Source of the DNA: Candidatus Methanoperedenaceae archaeon
GTDB taxonomy: Archaea > Halobacteriota > Methanosarcinia > Methanosarcinales > Methanoperedenaceae
Length of the DNA: 64,000 nt
NCBI GenBank assembly: GCA_963753595.1
Contig: CAVWCX010000028.1
Span: 17,670 to 81,669 of the forward strand
Reading direction: 5' to 3'
In this document: one piece after another, positions 20,315 to 32,864 of the stretch
Position numbering within the stretch: position 1 is the stretch's first letter
Layout of the letters: every line of letters starts with the position of its first letter
Made by a program: the position numbers and the translations under genes
The notes under the pieces: generated by a model
What the model was told of the DNA's origin: nothing
The model's database searches: none
Seen by the model: the letters and a program-made list of their open reading frames with translations, nothing else

Positions 20315-21868
20315 ATGCCTCGATTCGGAAAAGCTTTATTATGGATATTGGCACTGACATTAAGTAGCAGTTTAATTTATCTATTCATATACGATGGGAT
20401 TGTAGGAAAATGGGATTTATATGAAATTGAATTGACAACAACAAATAAATATCCAAATCCTTACCTGGATGTCTGGCTCAATACAACTTTTGAAGGCCCA
20501 AATGCTACATCAATAACTATAGATGGTTTCTGGGATGGAGGAAACATCTGGAAAGTAAGAATGAGTCCAAATGAAGTGGGTCTTTGGAATTATACAACCT
20601 ATTCAAATGATGAACAACTTAATAACAAAATTGGAAGTTTCAATGCAATCCCCTCAAATAATAAGGGTTATATTATCCGTGATCCCATAAACCGTTTTGC
20701 CTTTAAAAGAAGCAATGGTGGGAATGTGTTACTGATGGGCGATACTAATTGGAATGCAATGTCGGATGTAAATGGTTCACTAAACTATCTGACATATAAA
20801 CAATATGTAGACAACCGTTCCAATCAAAAGTTTAATTTTATTAGAAGTTATATGGTTCCTTTTTATTCTGCAGCAAATGATAGTTCACATTATAACGAAG
20901 GTGGAAGAGCATTCGAACCATGGGATCCTGATAATCTTAATCCAAAATATTTCCAGGAAGTTGATAAACGGATAAATTATGCGAATTCTAAAGGCATTGC
21001 CGTATTCTTGACAATTGGGGGTGATGAAAAAATAATGACAGATTTTTTTGAAACGAATAATGTAAAGATGGAACGATATATCCAATATATAGCTGCTCGC
21101 TTTAGTGCATATAATATAGCATGGGAAGGTAGAGCTGAATTTGAAGAACAGGGAAGTATAACCTCTGCTGTCAATCAAGCCAATATGATAGGCAACTCTC
21201 TGGAAAAATATGATCCATATGGTCATATCCAGTCTATGCATACAATCGATTCAAACAATGAACTTGGAAATGAACCGTGGCTGGATTGGATCATGCACCA
21301 ATCGAGGGATTGGTCAATGATTAGAAAAGATAGAAAGTACAATAAACCAATACTAAACGAAGAGTTTTATTATGAAAATAGTAGTGCTGGAGCGACATAT
21401 AATCACCATGTAAACGCTGAAATACTGAGAAAAGGCGCATGGAACGTAATGATGAATGGTGCCAGCGGACTTGCCTATGGAAATACAGGAACTTATAATT
21501 CACGTTCCCAGCCATTTAAAGGAATCGAATATTCCCGATCGCCAGGGGCTAATTACATGACTTACCTATATAATTTTTGGAGTAATACACATTACTGGGA
21601 ACTTAACCCAAATGATATTATTGTGAAGAAAGGAATTGCTTCTGCTGTTGTATATCCTGGAAATGAATATATTTTTTATCTTCCAAATGGCGGTTCCATA
21701 GTCTTGGATCTATCCACGTTCAATGGAACATTAAATATGGAATGGTTTGATCCTCGTACGGGCAATATTGAGGGCAAATCAATGGTTCAAGGAGGTATTA
21801 GAAATTTTACATCTCCTGATTTAAATGACTGGGTGCTTCATTTAACTTCAACACAACCAGCTAATTAA
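20315..21868 (+). CDS. Secreted DUF5060 + DUF4038 (apiosidase/GH140-like) + collagen-binding-like domain protein, paralog 1
   Basis: GFWDGG..WKVR..P...G.W.Y, MGDTNW, NPKYFQEVDKRI, KPILNEEFYYE, EWFDPRTG...DWVL. Confidence 0.75.
   Translation: MPRFGKALLWILALTLSSSLIYLFIYDGIVGKWDLYEIELTTTNKYPNPYLDVWLNTTFEGPNATSITIDGFWDGGNIWKVRMSPNEVGLWNYTTYSNDEQLNNKIGSFNAIPSNNKGYIIRDPINRFAFKRSNGGNVLLMGDTNWNAMSDVNGSLNYLTYKQYVDNRSNQKFNFIRSYMVPFYSAANDSSHYNEGGRAFEPWDPDNLNPKYFQEVDKRINYANSKGIAVFLTIGGDEKIMTDFFETNNVKMERYIQYIAARFSAYNIAWEGRAEFEEQGSITSAVNQANMIGNSLEKYDPYGHIQSMHTIDSNNELGNEPWLDWIMHQSRDWSMIRKDRKYNKPILNEEFYYENSSAGATYNHHVNAEILRKGAWNVMMNGASGLAYGNTGTYNSRSQPFKGIEYSRSPGANYMTYLYNFWSNTHYWELNPNDIIVKKGIASAVVYPGNEYIFYLPNGGSIVLDLSTFNGTLNMEWFDPRTGNIEGKSMVQGGIRNFTSPDLNDWVLHLTSTQPAN
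20672..20994 (+). repeat. 323-bp block, inverted copy at 31506-31828
   Basis: Direct comparison shows about 3 mismatches; the flanking parts of the two genes are clearly diverged. Confidence 0.9.
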
Positions 21869-21937
21869 TATTCATTGCCGTTTATAGTGAATCTATTGAT
21901 GTGACTTTTTTCGGCTAATTCTTTAGTGAAATATTGA

Positions 21938-24900
21938 TTAGCTATAAAATCTAATAGAATTAAGCTTTGGTGTTGCGATTTGGTTACCATTGAGAATTAT
22001 TTTTACATCAGTCTTCTGGTATTTTTCGGTTAATGCAATTAAGCTGTTCCCGGTAAGCATATCACCGACCTGCATGAATTCACCTGTTGCATTCTGGCGA
22101 TACAAAACACTATAATTAGTATTAATGGGAGTTATGGTATTCACACCAATAGAATGTATTTTATTTCCTGCACCAGCATCATACCATGCAATAAGGTCTC
22201 CATTCGTGTATTTTATTTTATTATACACTTTATTCTGGTCATCAGCTGAAAGAACCCTGTTAAATACCATTGCCTCATAAAGAGAACCACGATAAGGTCT
22301 TGTAAGATCCAATCGATTCCCCAGAACAAAAGTACTCCCGGAATCATTTGCAATTGAATCACCATCTCCAGTCAGGGAATATTGTGTCTGGGCATTATCT
22401 ACATACATAGAGATACTTGCACCGGTTATACCACCACTCCATGTACTTATTACATTTTGTCTCACTCCTTGATTCAATGCATTTATTTTACTATACCTGC
22501 GTGTATTGGATGTTGAACCTCTATTATTGTAATTTAGATTCCAACTATTTTGAATGTATAGTACTTTGAACCAATTTGAACCTGTTCCTTCAAGACCCAT
22601 AATATATCTTGGTGTCGCGTCGGAAGTTATTGGTTTTAGGTCAGCAACATAAGTGAGAGAGTTCATATTTGTAAGTTTGTTTCCACCACAATTTACATAA
22701 TCACTATAACTATCAAAGTCAATTCCACCCGATAACCAACTGGTACCATGGAGTGTACAATCATTTCCTGAAGTTACATTTTCATCAGGAATTATTGTAC
22801 CTGTTCCGCCATCCATTCGCCATCGTGAGATATAATCATTTACTACTAATTGAAGTTCAACATTTCCTGTAGATTTGACAAATGTAGTATTATTTAATGA
22901 AATATCACTGCCCCATGCCCCACTTCCAATAGTATAATTATTTGATGGTCCTATCAATGGTGGGATAACATTGTTATTCGTGGAAAAGTTGTATATAGAT
23001 GAATTTATCAATAGCGAGGTATTCGTTGAATTCCAGGCATAAACGCTATAATAATATTTTGTTGCGTTGTTCAGACCGGTAATATTCACGCTTCTGTTTG
23101 TTCCTGAACTCTGGTTCAAGGTACTCGATGAACCCGATAGATCAGAATTAATGCTATACTTGATATTCGTTAGTGCATTACTCTGGTTCACTGTGAAATT
23201 CACAATACCCCAGGTATCACCAATAGAAACGTTCTGTATATTTGTTAGTGAGGGGGGGAAGTTAGTAGTTAATAGAGGGGGCAGGGTAACATTACTATTC
23301 GTGGAAAAGTTATATATAGATGAATTTATCAATAGCGAGGTATTCGTTGAATTCCAGGCATAAACGCTATAATAATATTTTGTTGCGTTGTTCAGACCGG
23401 TAATATTCACGCTTCTGTTTGTTCCTGAACTCTGGTTCAAGGTACTCGATGAACCCGATAGATCAGAATTAATGCTATACTTGATATTCGTTAGTGCATT
23501 ACTCTGGTTCACTGTGAAATTCACAATACCCCAGGTATCACCAATAGAAACGTTCTGTATATTTGCTAGTGAGGGGGGGAAGTTAGTAGTTAATAGAGGG
23601 GGCAGGGTAACATTACTATTCGTGGAAAAGTTGTATATAGATGAATTTATCAATAGCGAGGTATTCGTTGAATTCCAGGCATAAACGCTATAATAATATT
23701 TTGTTGCGTTGTTCAGACCGGTAATATTCACGCTTCTGTTTGTTCCTGAACTCTGGTTCAAGGTACTCGATGAACCCGATAGATCAGAATTAATGCTATA
23801 CTTGATATTCGTTAGTGCATTACTCTGGTTCACTGTGAAATTCACAATACCCCAGGTATCACCAATAGAAACGTTCTGTATATTTGTTAGTGAGGGGGGG
23901 AAGTTAGTAGTTAATAGAGGGGGCAGGGTAACATTACTATTCGTGGAAAAGTTATATATAGATGAATTTATCAATAGCGAGGTATTCGTTGAATTCCAGG
24001 CATAAACGCTATAATAATATTTTGTTGCGTTGTTCAGACCGGTAATATTCACGCTTCTGTTTGTTCCTGAACTCTGGTTCAAGGTACTCGATGAACCCGA
24101 TAGATCAGAATTAATGCTATACTTGATATTCGTTAGTGCATTACTCTGGTTCACTGTGAAATTCACAATACCCCAGGTATCACCAATAGAAACGTTCTGT
24201 ATATTTGTTAGTGAGGGGATGCTGGCTTCTGAGCCGTTTCCACTCGCCCCTTGTGTGTAGAAAGTAATGCTGATAAGCTCTGGTGTTGCGATTTGGTTAC
24301 CATTGAGAATTATTTTTACATCAGTCTTCTGGTATTTTTCTGTTAATGCAATTAAGCTGTTCCCGGTAAGCATATCACCGACCTGCTTGAATTCACCTGT
24401 TGCATTTTGGCGATACAAAACACTATAATTAGTATTAATGGGAGTTATGGTATTCACACCAATAGAATGTATTTTATTTCCTGCACCAGCATCATACCAT
24501 GCAATAAGGTCTCCATTCGTGTATTTTATTTTATTATACACTTTATTCTGGTCATCAGCTGAAAGAACCCTGTTAAATACCATTGCCTCATAAAGAGAAC
24601 CACGATAAGGTCTTGTAAGATCCAATCGATTCCCCAGAACAAAAGTACTCCCGGAATCATTTGCAATTGAATCACCATCTCCAGTCAGGGAATATTGTGT
24701 CTGGGCATTATCTACATACATAAAGATACTTGTACCGGTTATACCACCACTCCATGTACTTATTACATTTTGTCTCACTCCTTGATTCAATGCATTTATT
24801 TTACTATACCTGCGTGTATTGGATGTTGAACCTCTATTATTGTAATTTAGATTCCAACTATTTTGAATGTATAGTACTTTGAACCAATTTGAACCTGTTC

Positions 24901-27900
24901 CTTCAAGACCCATAATATATCTTGGTGTCGCGTCGGAAGTTATTGGTTTTAGGTCAGCAACATAAGTGAGAGAGTTCATATTTGTAAGTTTGTTTCCACC
25001 ACAATTTACATAATCACTATAACTATCAAAGTCAATTCCACCCGATAACCAACTGGTACCATGGAGTGTACAATCATTTCCTGAAGTTACATTTTCATCA
25101 GGAATTATTGTACCTGTTCCGCCATCCATTCGCCATCGTGAGATATAATCATTTACTACTAATTGAAGTTCAACATTTCCTGTAGATTTGACAAATGTAG
25201 TATTATTTAATGAAATATCACTGCCCCATGCCCCACTTCCAATAGTATAATTATTTGATGGTCCTATCAATGGTGGGATAACATTGTTATTCGTGGAAAA
25301 GTTGTATATAGATGAATTTATCAATAGCGAGGTATTCGTTGAATTCCAGGCATAAACGCTATAATAATATTTTGTTGCGTTGTTCAGACCGGTAATATTC
25401 ACGCTTCTGTTTGTTCCTGAACTCTGGTTCAAGGTACTCGATGAACCCGATAGATCAGAATTAATGCTATACTTGATATTCGTTAGTGCATTACTCTGGT
25501 TCACTGTGAAATTCACAATACCCCAGGTATCACCAATAGAAACGTTCTGTATATTTGTTAGTGAGGGGATGCTGGCTTCTGAGCCGTTTCCACTCGCCCC
25601 TTGTGTGTAGAAAGTAATGCTGATAAGCTCTGGTGTTGCGATTTGGTTACCATTGAGAATTATTTTTACATCAGTCTTCTGGTATTTTTCTGTTAATGCA
25701 ATTAAGCTGTTCCCGGTAAGCATATCACCGACCTGCTTGAATTCACCTGTTGCATTTTGGCGATACAAAACACTATAATTAGTATTAATGGGAGTTATGG
25801 TATTCACACCAATAGAATGTATTTTATTTCCTGCACCAGCATCATACCATGCAATAAGGTCTCCATTCGTGTATTTTATTTTATTATACACTTTATTCTG
25901 GTCATCAGCTGAAAGAACCCTGTTAAATACCATTGCCTCATAAAGAGAACCACGATAAGGTCTTGTAAGATCCAATCGATTCCCCAGAACAAAAGTACTC
26001 CCGGAATCATTTGCAATTGAATCACCATCTCCAGTCAGGGAATATTGTGTCTGGGCATTATCTACATACATAGAGATACTTGTACCGGTTATACCACCAC
26101 TCCATGTACTTATTACATTTTGTCTCACTCCTTGATTCAATGCATTTATTTTACTATACCTGCGTGTATTGGATGTTGAACCTCTATTATTGTAATTTAG
26201 ATTCCAACTATTTTGAATGTATAGTACTTTGAACCAATTTGAACCTGTTCCTTCAAGACCCATAATATATCTTGGTGTCGCGTCGGAAGTTATTGGTTTT
26301 AGGTCAGCAACATAAGTGAGAGAGTTCATATTTGTAAGTTTGTTTCCACCACAATTTACATAATCACTATAACTATCAAAGTCAATTCCACCCGATAACC
26401 AACTGGTACCATGGAGTGTACAATCATTTCCTGAAGTTACATTTTCATCAGGAATTATTGTACCTGTTCCGCCATCCATTCGCCATCGTGAGATATAATC
26501 ATTTACTACTAATTGAAGTTCAACATTTCCTGTAGATTTGACAAATGTAGTATTATTTAATGAAATATCACTGCCCCATGCCCCACTTCCAATAGTATGT
26601 GCGTTAGGATCGTTCATATTAGTGCATTGTACATAATAAGTGCCAGGCGACATGTCAGTTGTAAAATTAACACTTTCATTTACAGCTACCTTTGATTCAA
26701 CTAGTATTCCGTTTGTTTGATATAAATCACAAGTTGGATTCAAAGATAGATTGCTTATATTAAACCAATTTATAGTGCCACTGTAAATAGTCAAATTTGC
26801 TATTTCTCCTGAAGAGGGGATATTATAACTAACATTTGCAACATCTATTGTTGAGGCCATTCTCCATGAAGTATTAATTGCATTTCTAAGATTTTTGCTA
26901 TAGATAATTGTCCCATCTGACTGAATTAAATTATATAAACCTGGTTTTCCATAGACGAATCTGAATGAATCCTTTATAGCTTGGGCGATTCTTTCATGAC
27001 CTGCTGAATTGAAATGTATCCCATCCGATGAGTAAGACGGATTGGCGCTCCAGCAATTTCCAGAGGGACCAGAGGGCGAACTAACGCCAACATAGCATCT
27101 TGCATCCACCACAATTGATGGAGAATAATTTTGTGCCTTTTTTATTAATTCTTCATTTATATAACTAATATTACTTCTCGCAGCATCCGAACATCTAATA
27201 CCACATGGTAATATTAACATAATAACAGGAGTTATATTATTATTATGCGCTTTTTGTAACATGGACTCCCAATTATTAAGGATTGTAGTTTTCAGGACGC
27301 CAGTAACGTTATCAATATCATTTACACCACCTTCCATTAAAACGAATTCTGGGGATAAGTCAACGACATCAGAAATGAATCTTTTATTAATAAGGTTGGT
27401 ACCTTGCCCGCCATACCCCATATTTTGATAGCTTTTATTAACTTTTCTTCCCCAGTGATTTTCAATTGATGTAGATATATTAGTAATATCATTACTAATA
27501 ATTGTATCCATTATGAAAGAGCGATGTAAAGGAGTTCCTGAGATGATCGAATCACCTATGAATACCATGTATGGATTCTCCATATAAGATTCAATCACAA
27601 AAATATGGTTGTCAGAAGCCTGGTTTGTCCAGTTATAGTTAATATATGAAGTTGCCCCTCCTATAAAATATGTATTATGATTAGTATCGCTTCCAACATA
27701 GAGTGGATCTTGCGCTGAAGAATTGATATAATAACCATAAAAATCACCTTCCTGTACACCATGTATGGGATGTGATAAATTTATAATATTTTTACCATTT
27801 GAAATATTATTAATTAGATCTTCCGTTATAGCAAATCTATCAAAATTGGTTCTATTTTGCCTCCATATAGTAAAATAAAAATGCCTTAATTTTGAAACAT

Positions 27901-28132
27901 TCGCAACAGAAAATCGTATTTGATAGATCGTTCCATTTTGTCTAATCCTATCGTCATGCCCTGCTTGTATGAATTCCCTAACGCTTAAACCACCCCAGTT
28001 ATCGGCTGATGTTCCTTGGGTCGGAATTGTTGAATATGGTGCTGTTTTTGAGTGATTTTCAGCAGCTCCACTTACATTACCGAAGAAAAAAAATATAATC
28101 AATATTATCAGAATATTTCTAATTACCTTCAT
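21938..28132 (-). CDS. 2064-aa secreted repeat protein: SGNH hydrolase + 3 LamG/ConA-like modules + 5 FN3-like modules
   Basis: Signal peptide; intact SGNH blocks (FIGDSI, GYGG, GGVND, DGIH); LamG-like WRMD...YRGSLYEAMVFNRVLS; FN3-like ITGLNNATKYYYSV. Confidence 0.85.
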   Translation of the reverse strand: MKVIRNILIILIIFFFFGNVSGAAENHSKTAPYSTIPTQGTSADNWGGLSVREFIQAGHDDRIRQNGTIYQIRFSVANVSKLRHFYFTIWRQNRTNFDRFAITEDLINNISNGKNIINLSHPIHGVQEGDFYGYYINSSAQDPLYVGSDTNHNTYFIGGATSYINYNWTNQASDNHIFVIESYMENPYMVFIGDSIISGTPLHRSFIMDTIISNDITNISTSIENHWGRKVNKSYQNMGYGGQGTNLINKRFISDVVDLSPEFVLMEGGVNDIDNVTGVLKTTILNNWESMLQKAHNNNITPVIMLILPCGIRCSDAARSNISYINEELIKKAQNYSPSIVVDARCYVGVSSPSGPSGNCWSANPSYSSDGIHFNSAGHERIAQAIKDSFRFVYGKPGLYNLIQSDGTIIYSKNLRNAINTSWRMASTIDVANVSYNIPSSGEIANLTIYSGTINWFNISNLSLNPTCDLYQTNGILVESKVAVNESVNFTTDMSPGTYYVQCTNMNDPNAHTIGSGAWGSDISLNNTTFVKSTGNVELQLVVNDYISRWRMDGGTGTIIPDENVTSGNDCTLHGTSWLSGGIDFDSYSDYVNCGGNKLTNMNSLTYVADLKPITSDATPRYIMGLEGTGSNWFKVLYIQNSWNLNYNNRGSTSNTRRYSKINALNQGVRQNVISTWSGGITGTSISMYVDNAQTQYSLTGDGDSIANDSGSTFVLGNRLDLTRPYRGSLYEAMVFNRVLSADDQNKVYNKIKYTNGDLIAWYDAGAGNKIHSIGVNTITPINTNYSVLYRQNATGEFKQVGDMLTGNSLIALTEKYQKTDVKIILNGNQIATPELISITFYTQGASGNGSEASIPSLTNIQNVSIGDTWGIVNFTVNQSNALTNIKYSINSDLSGSSSTLNQSSGTNRSVNITGLNNATKYYYSVYAWNSTNTSLLINSSIYNFSTNNNVIPPLIGPSNNYTIGSGAWGSDISLNNTTFVKSTGNVELQLVVNDYISRWRMDGGTGTIIPDENVTSGNDCTLHGTSWLSGGIDFDSYSDYVNCGGNKLTNMNSLTYVADLKPITSDATPRYIMGLEGTGSNWFKVLYIQNSWNLNYNNRGSTSNTRRYSKINALNQGVRQNVISTWSGGITGTSIFMYVDNAQTQYSLTGDGDSIANDSGSTFVLGNRLDLTRPYRGSLYEAMVFNRVLSADDQNKVYNKIKYTNGDLIAWYDAGAGNKIHSIGVNTITPINTNYSVLYRQNATGEFKQVGDMLTGNSLIALTEKYQKTDVKIILNGNQIATPELISITFYTQGASGNGSEASIPSLTNIQNVSIGDTWGIVNFTVNQSNALTNIKYSINSDLSGSSSTLNQSSGTNRSVNITGLNNATKYYYSVYAWNSTNTSLLINSSIYNFSTNSNVTLPPLLTTNFPPSLTNIQNVSIGDTWGIVNFTVNQSNALTNIKYSINSDLSGSSSTLNQSSGTNRSVNITGLNNATKYYYSVYAWNSTNTSLLINSSIYNFSTNSNVTLPPLLTTNFPPSLANIQNVSIGDTWGIVNFTVNQSNALTNIKYSINSDLSGSSSTLNQSSGTNRSVNITGLNNATKYYYSVYAWNSTNTSLLINSSIYNFSTNSNVTLPPLLTTNFPPSLTNIQNVSIGDTWGIVNFTVNQSNALTNIKYSINSDLSGSSSTLNQSSGTNRSVNITGLNNATKYYYSVYAWNSTNTSLLINSSIYNFSTNNNVIPPLIGPSNNYTIGSGAWGSDISLNNTTFVKSTGNVELQLVVNDYISRWRMDGGTGTIIPDENVTSGNDCTLHGTSWLSGGIDFDSYSDYVNCGGNKLTNMNSLTYVADLKPITSDATPRYIMGLEGTGSNWFKVLYIQNSWNLNYNNRGSTSNTRRYSKINALNQGVRQNVISTWSGGITGASISMYVDNAQTQYSLTGDGDSIANDSGSTFVLGNRLDLTRPYRGSLYEAMVFNRVLSADDQNKVYNKIKYTNGDLIAWYDAGAGNKIHSIGVNTITPINTNYSVLYRQNATGEFMQVGDMLTGNSLIALTEKYQKTDVKIILNGNQIATPKLNSIRFYS
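21968..26597 (-). repeat. Near-identical intragenic repeats: 967-bp LamG blocks (21968-22934, 24281-25247, 25631-26597) and five ~321-bp FN3 units
   Basis: Offsets of 1350 bp and 321 bp are visible directly and in the repeated antisense ORFs at 23067, 23388, 23709, 24030 and 25380. Confidence 0.95.
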
Positions 28133-28382
28133 TTCAAATTTCTATTACACACACTAGATATTTATAACTATCTGATATATAATATATTGATTTGATAATA
28201 GTAATTATTATGAGAATAATTTCATCATATTGAATTATATCCAAAAAATTCATCATTCTATTTTTGATTTTCATTAAGAAGACTTGTCATCTGAAAAAAA
28301 TCTGAAAAATAATTTCAGGACTCACGCGGTGTCATTACTATGCATACATTTATATTTGGAAGAATTATATTTACCTTATCTA

Positions 28383-30227
<1,845 letters not shown>

Positions 30228-30331
30228 CGAATGGAGTGCAGACTTCAAAGTAGACAAGTAGTTAATCAAAGAGATGGAAACCATAGCAAAAACAACAAGA
30301 AGAAGAATTAGTGAATTCAAGCCACTGAGAT

Positions 30332-32185
30332 TTAGATATAGCTTACCCTTCCACTAATATTGCCTGTGGGCTTCTTCAAGAGCTCAATATCCTGCACCAA
30401 AAAAGAACTTGAACCTGTCGATACTATTACCGAACTATTCGTATAATATGTTATATCGTAGTCCGCTGTAAGATTATATTCCCCTGAAGTGACAGAAAAT
30501 GAATAGAATCCAGTTTCATTAGTTATCGTTGATCTGCTGGTGTTGGTGGATACCTTTACCCCTGAGATACCCGTTTTATTCACACTATCCATAACTGTCC
30601 CGTTAATATATACCGCAGGCAATATAGAGGACTCTGTTTGTGTATTCTTAATATGGAGCACCCAGTCGTTCGTGTCAGGAGCTGTGAATTTTCTAGAAGA
30701 ACTACCCAGGACTGTTGTCTTCCCCTGATAGGTTCCAGCGCGGGGATTGTACCATTCCACAGATAAAGTACCTTTTGCCGGGGAGAGATTAACGGTTGTT
30801 GAGCCTCCGGAGGGGAGATAAATAACATACTCATTACCTACATCAGCAATTGCAGAAGCATTCCCTGCCAGGACTATTTCTTTGTTTGGAGACAGTTTCC
30901 AATATTTTGTGGTGCTCCAAAAATTAAATAGATAAGTCATGTAATCCGTACCTTTGGATCGTGCATATTGAATCCCTTGAAAAGGTTGTGCCCTTGAGTT
31001 ATATGTTCCTGTGTTTCCAAATGCAAGTCCACTTGCCCCATATGTCATTACATACCAAGCTCCTTTTCTTACAGTGTCTGCATCCACATGATGAGTATAG
31101 ATTGCTCCAGCCCCACTGTCTTCATAATAAAACTCTTCATTCATAACTGGTTTGTTATAACTTCTATCTGAAGTAATTAAACTCCAAGTTCTAGTTTGTT
31201 GCAATATCCAATCCAGCCAAGCCTCATTTTTTAATTCATTATTTGAATCTAATGTATGCATGGATTGGATATCCCCATATGGGTCATACTTCTCTATCCA
31301 ATTGCCTATTTGATTCGCTAAAGCAATGTATCCGGGAGGTGTGTTTCCTTGCTCTTCAAACTCTGCTCTACCTTCCCATGCGATATCGTAGGCGCTATAA
31401 CGAGCAACGAGATATTTTATATAACGCTCCATCTTTCCATTACCCCACCCAAAAAATGTTGTTAGTAGACTTCCATCTCCGCCGACGACAAGGTGCATCA
31501 TTATTCCTTTAGAATTCGCATAATTTATCCGTTTATCAACTTCCTGGAAATATTTTGGATTAAGATTATCAGGATCCCATGGTTCGAATGCTCTTCCACC
31601 TTCGTTATAATGTGAACTATCATTTGCTGCAGAATAAAAAGGAACCATATAACTTCTAATAAAATTAAACTTTTGATTGGAACGGTTGTCTACATATTGT
31701 TTATATGTCAGATAGTTTAGTGAACCACTTACATTCGACATTGCATTCCAATTAGTATCGCCCATAAGTAACACATTCCCACCATTGCTTCTTTTAAAGG
31801 CAAAACGGTTTATGGGATCACGGATAATAAATCCTTTTTTATTCGACGTTTCAACTATAAAGCTTCCTTTATTCCCGTTAAGTTGTATGTCATTTGAATA
31901 CGTAACATAATTCCATGTGCCAACTTCAGTGGGCACTATTCTGATTTTCCAGTTATCTCCACCATCCCAAAAACCATATATTTGAATTTTTGTGGAATTT
32001 GGTCCGGTGAAACTTGCATTAAGCCAGACATCAATATATGGGTTCTGATATGTATTCGTTGTTGTTAGATTAATATTATATATATCAAATTTGCCTACGT
32101 TTCCTGCCTGAACAATTGCAGTCGCTGAAATAAGTATATATAGAGTTATAATCAGTATCCACAGAAACCTTCCCTTCATATCCAT
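30332..32185 (-). CDS. Secreted DUF5060 + DUF4038 protein, paralog 2, with extra C-terminal carboxypeptidase-regulatory-like domain
   Basis: Same motifs as 20315-21868, plus INGTV.D...GISGVKV...T.ETGFYSF.V..GEY.LTA. Confidence 0.75.
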   Translation of the reverse strand: MDMKGRFLWILIITLYILISATAIVQAGNVGKFDIYNINLTTTNTYQNPYIDVWLNASFTGPNSTKIQIYGFWDGGDNWKIRIVPTEVGTWNYVTYSNDIQLNGNKGSFIVETSNKKGFIIRDPINRFAFKRSNGGNVLLMGDTNWNAMSNVSGSLNYLTYKQYVDNRSNQKFNFIRSYMVPFYSAANDSSHYNEGGRAFEPWDPDNLNPKYFQEVDKRINYANSKGIMMHLVVGGDGSLLTTFFGWGNGKMERYIKYLVARYSAYDIAWEGRAEFEEQGNTPPGYIALANQIGNWIEKYDPYGDIQSMHTLDSNNELKNEAWLDWILQQTRTWSLITSDRSYNKPVMNEEFYYEDSGAGAIYTHHVDADTVRKGAWYVMTYGASGLAFGNTGTYNSRAQPFQGIQYARSKGTDYMTYLFNFWSTTKYWKLSPNKEIVLAGNASAIADVGNEYVIYLPSGGSTTVNLSPAKGTLSVEWYNPRAGTYQGKTTVLGSSSRKFTAPDTNDWVLHIKNTQTESSILPAVYINGTVMDSVNKTGISGVKVSTNTSRSTITNETGFYSFSVTSGEYNLTADYDITYYTNSSVIVSTGSSSFLVQDIELLKKPTGNISGRVSYI

Positions 32186-32359
32186 ACCTATCCTTTACTT
32201 CCATCACTTAATGACATTTTTGAAGATAACTTCTTATTAACAATCTTTATATAAAAGAGGTTTGAAAGTTTCTTATGGTTTTTAATAATTTATAAGGTTT
32301 ATCAATGTTTATTATTGATCATTATTGTTTATAGAACTTATTAATCCATAAGTTTCTAA

Positions 32360-32860
32360 CCCTAATTTGATAGTTAAAAAATACTATTTATCGAGTATTT
32401 CTACTTTTTTGGCAGTAAACCAATTTTACAGTAACAAAAAATTTATAAATATTCTTGAGTTTTAGCTAGGTTACCCCTTGATTTTGCACCAAAATCAGCT
32501 TATTAATTCATTAAGCTGTTTATTATGAATTTTGTCGAAATATTCTTCAATTCCTTGATCTCATATCTTTTCAAAGAAACAAATAATTTAGCTAAAAAAC
32601 CAAGGATCAATGCCCCATAAATGCTATCATCCGACCGTACCGGTTTTATTTTAATCTCATAAATCTTCTCGATTGAATCCTTCTATCTATAAGTTTACAA
32701 AGCCTGCTGAAGTGTGAAGCTCCCAGCCGCAGCAGAGCTGCGGAGTATAACGATTAAGTCAAATCCTCAAATGATTTAATGCAGAAAAATCCTTCCCGAC
32801 CGTTAATAATTATCTTTTCAAGCAGTTTTAGAGCTTCATCTTCACTAAATTCTGTAGCTT
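32360..32860 (-). pseudogene. Decayed 3' fragment of the IS1634-like element seen at 1-1360
   Basis: 32523-32845 aligns by eye to window 1-300 with small deletions and an insertion. Degenerate terminal repeat at 32361; truncated by the next IS. Confidence 0.8.
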
Positions 32861-32864
32861 TTAA

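Noticed and set aside
23067-25610. Five repeated plus-strand ORFs (MFRPVIFTLL...)
   Set aside because: Antisense shadows of the FN3 repeats of the 2064-aa gene.
22935-26597. Long regular repeats considered as a CRISPR array or a nucleic-acid-level repeat system
   Set aside because: Units are 321 and 1350 bp, multiples of 3, with no unique spacers. They are protein domain repeats; no cas genes are present.
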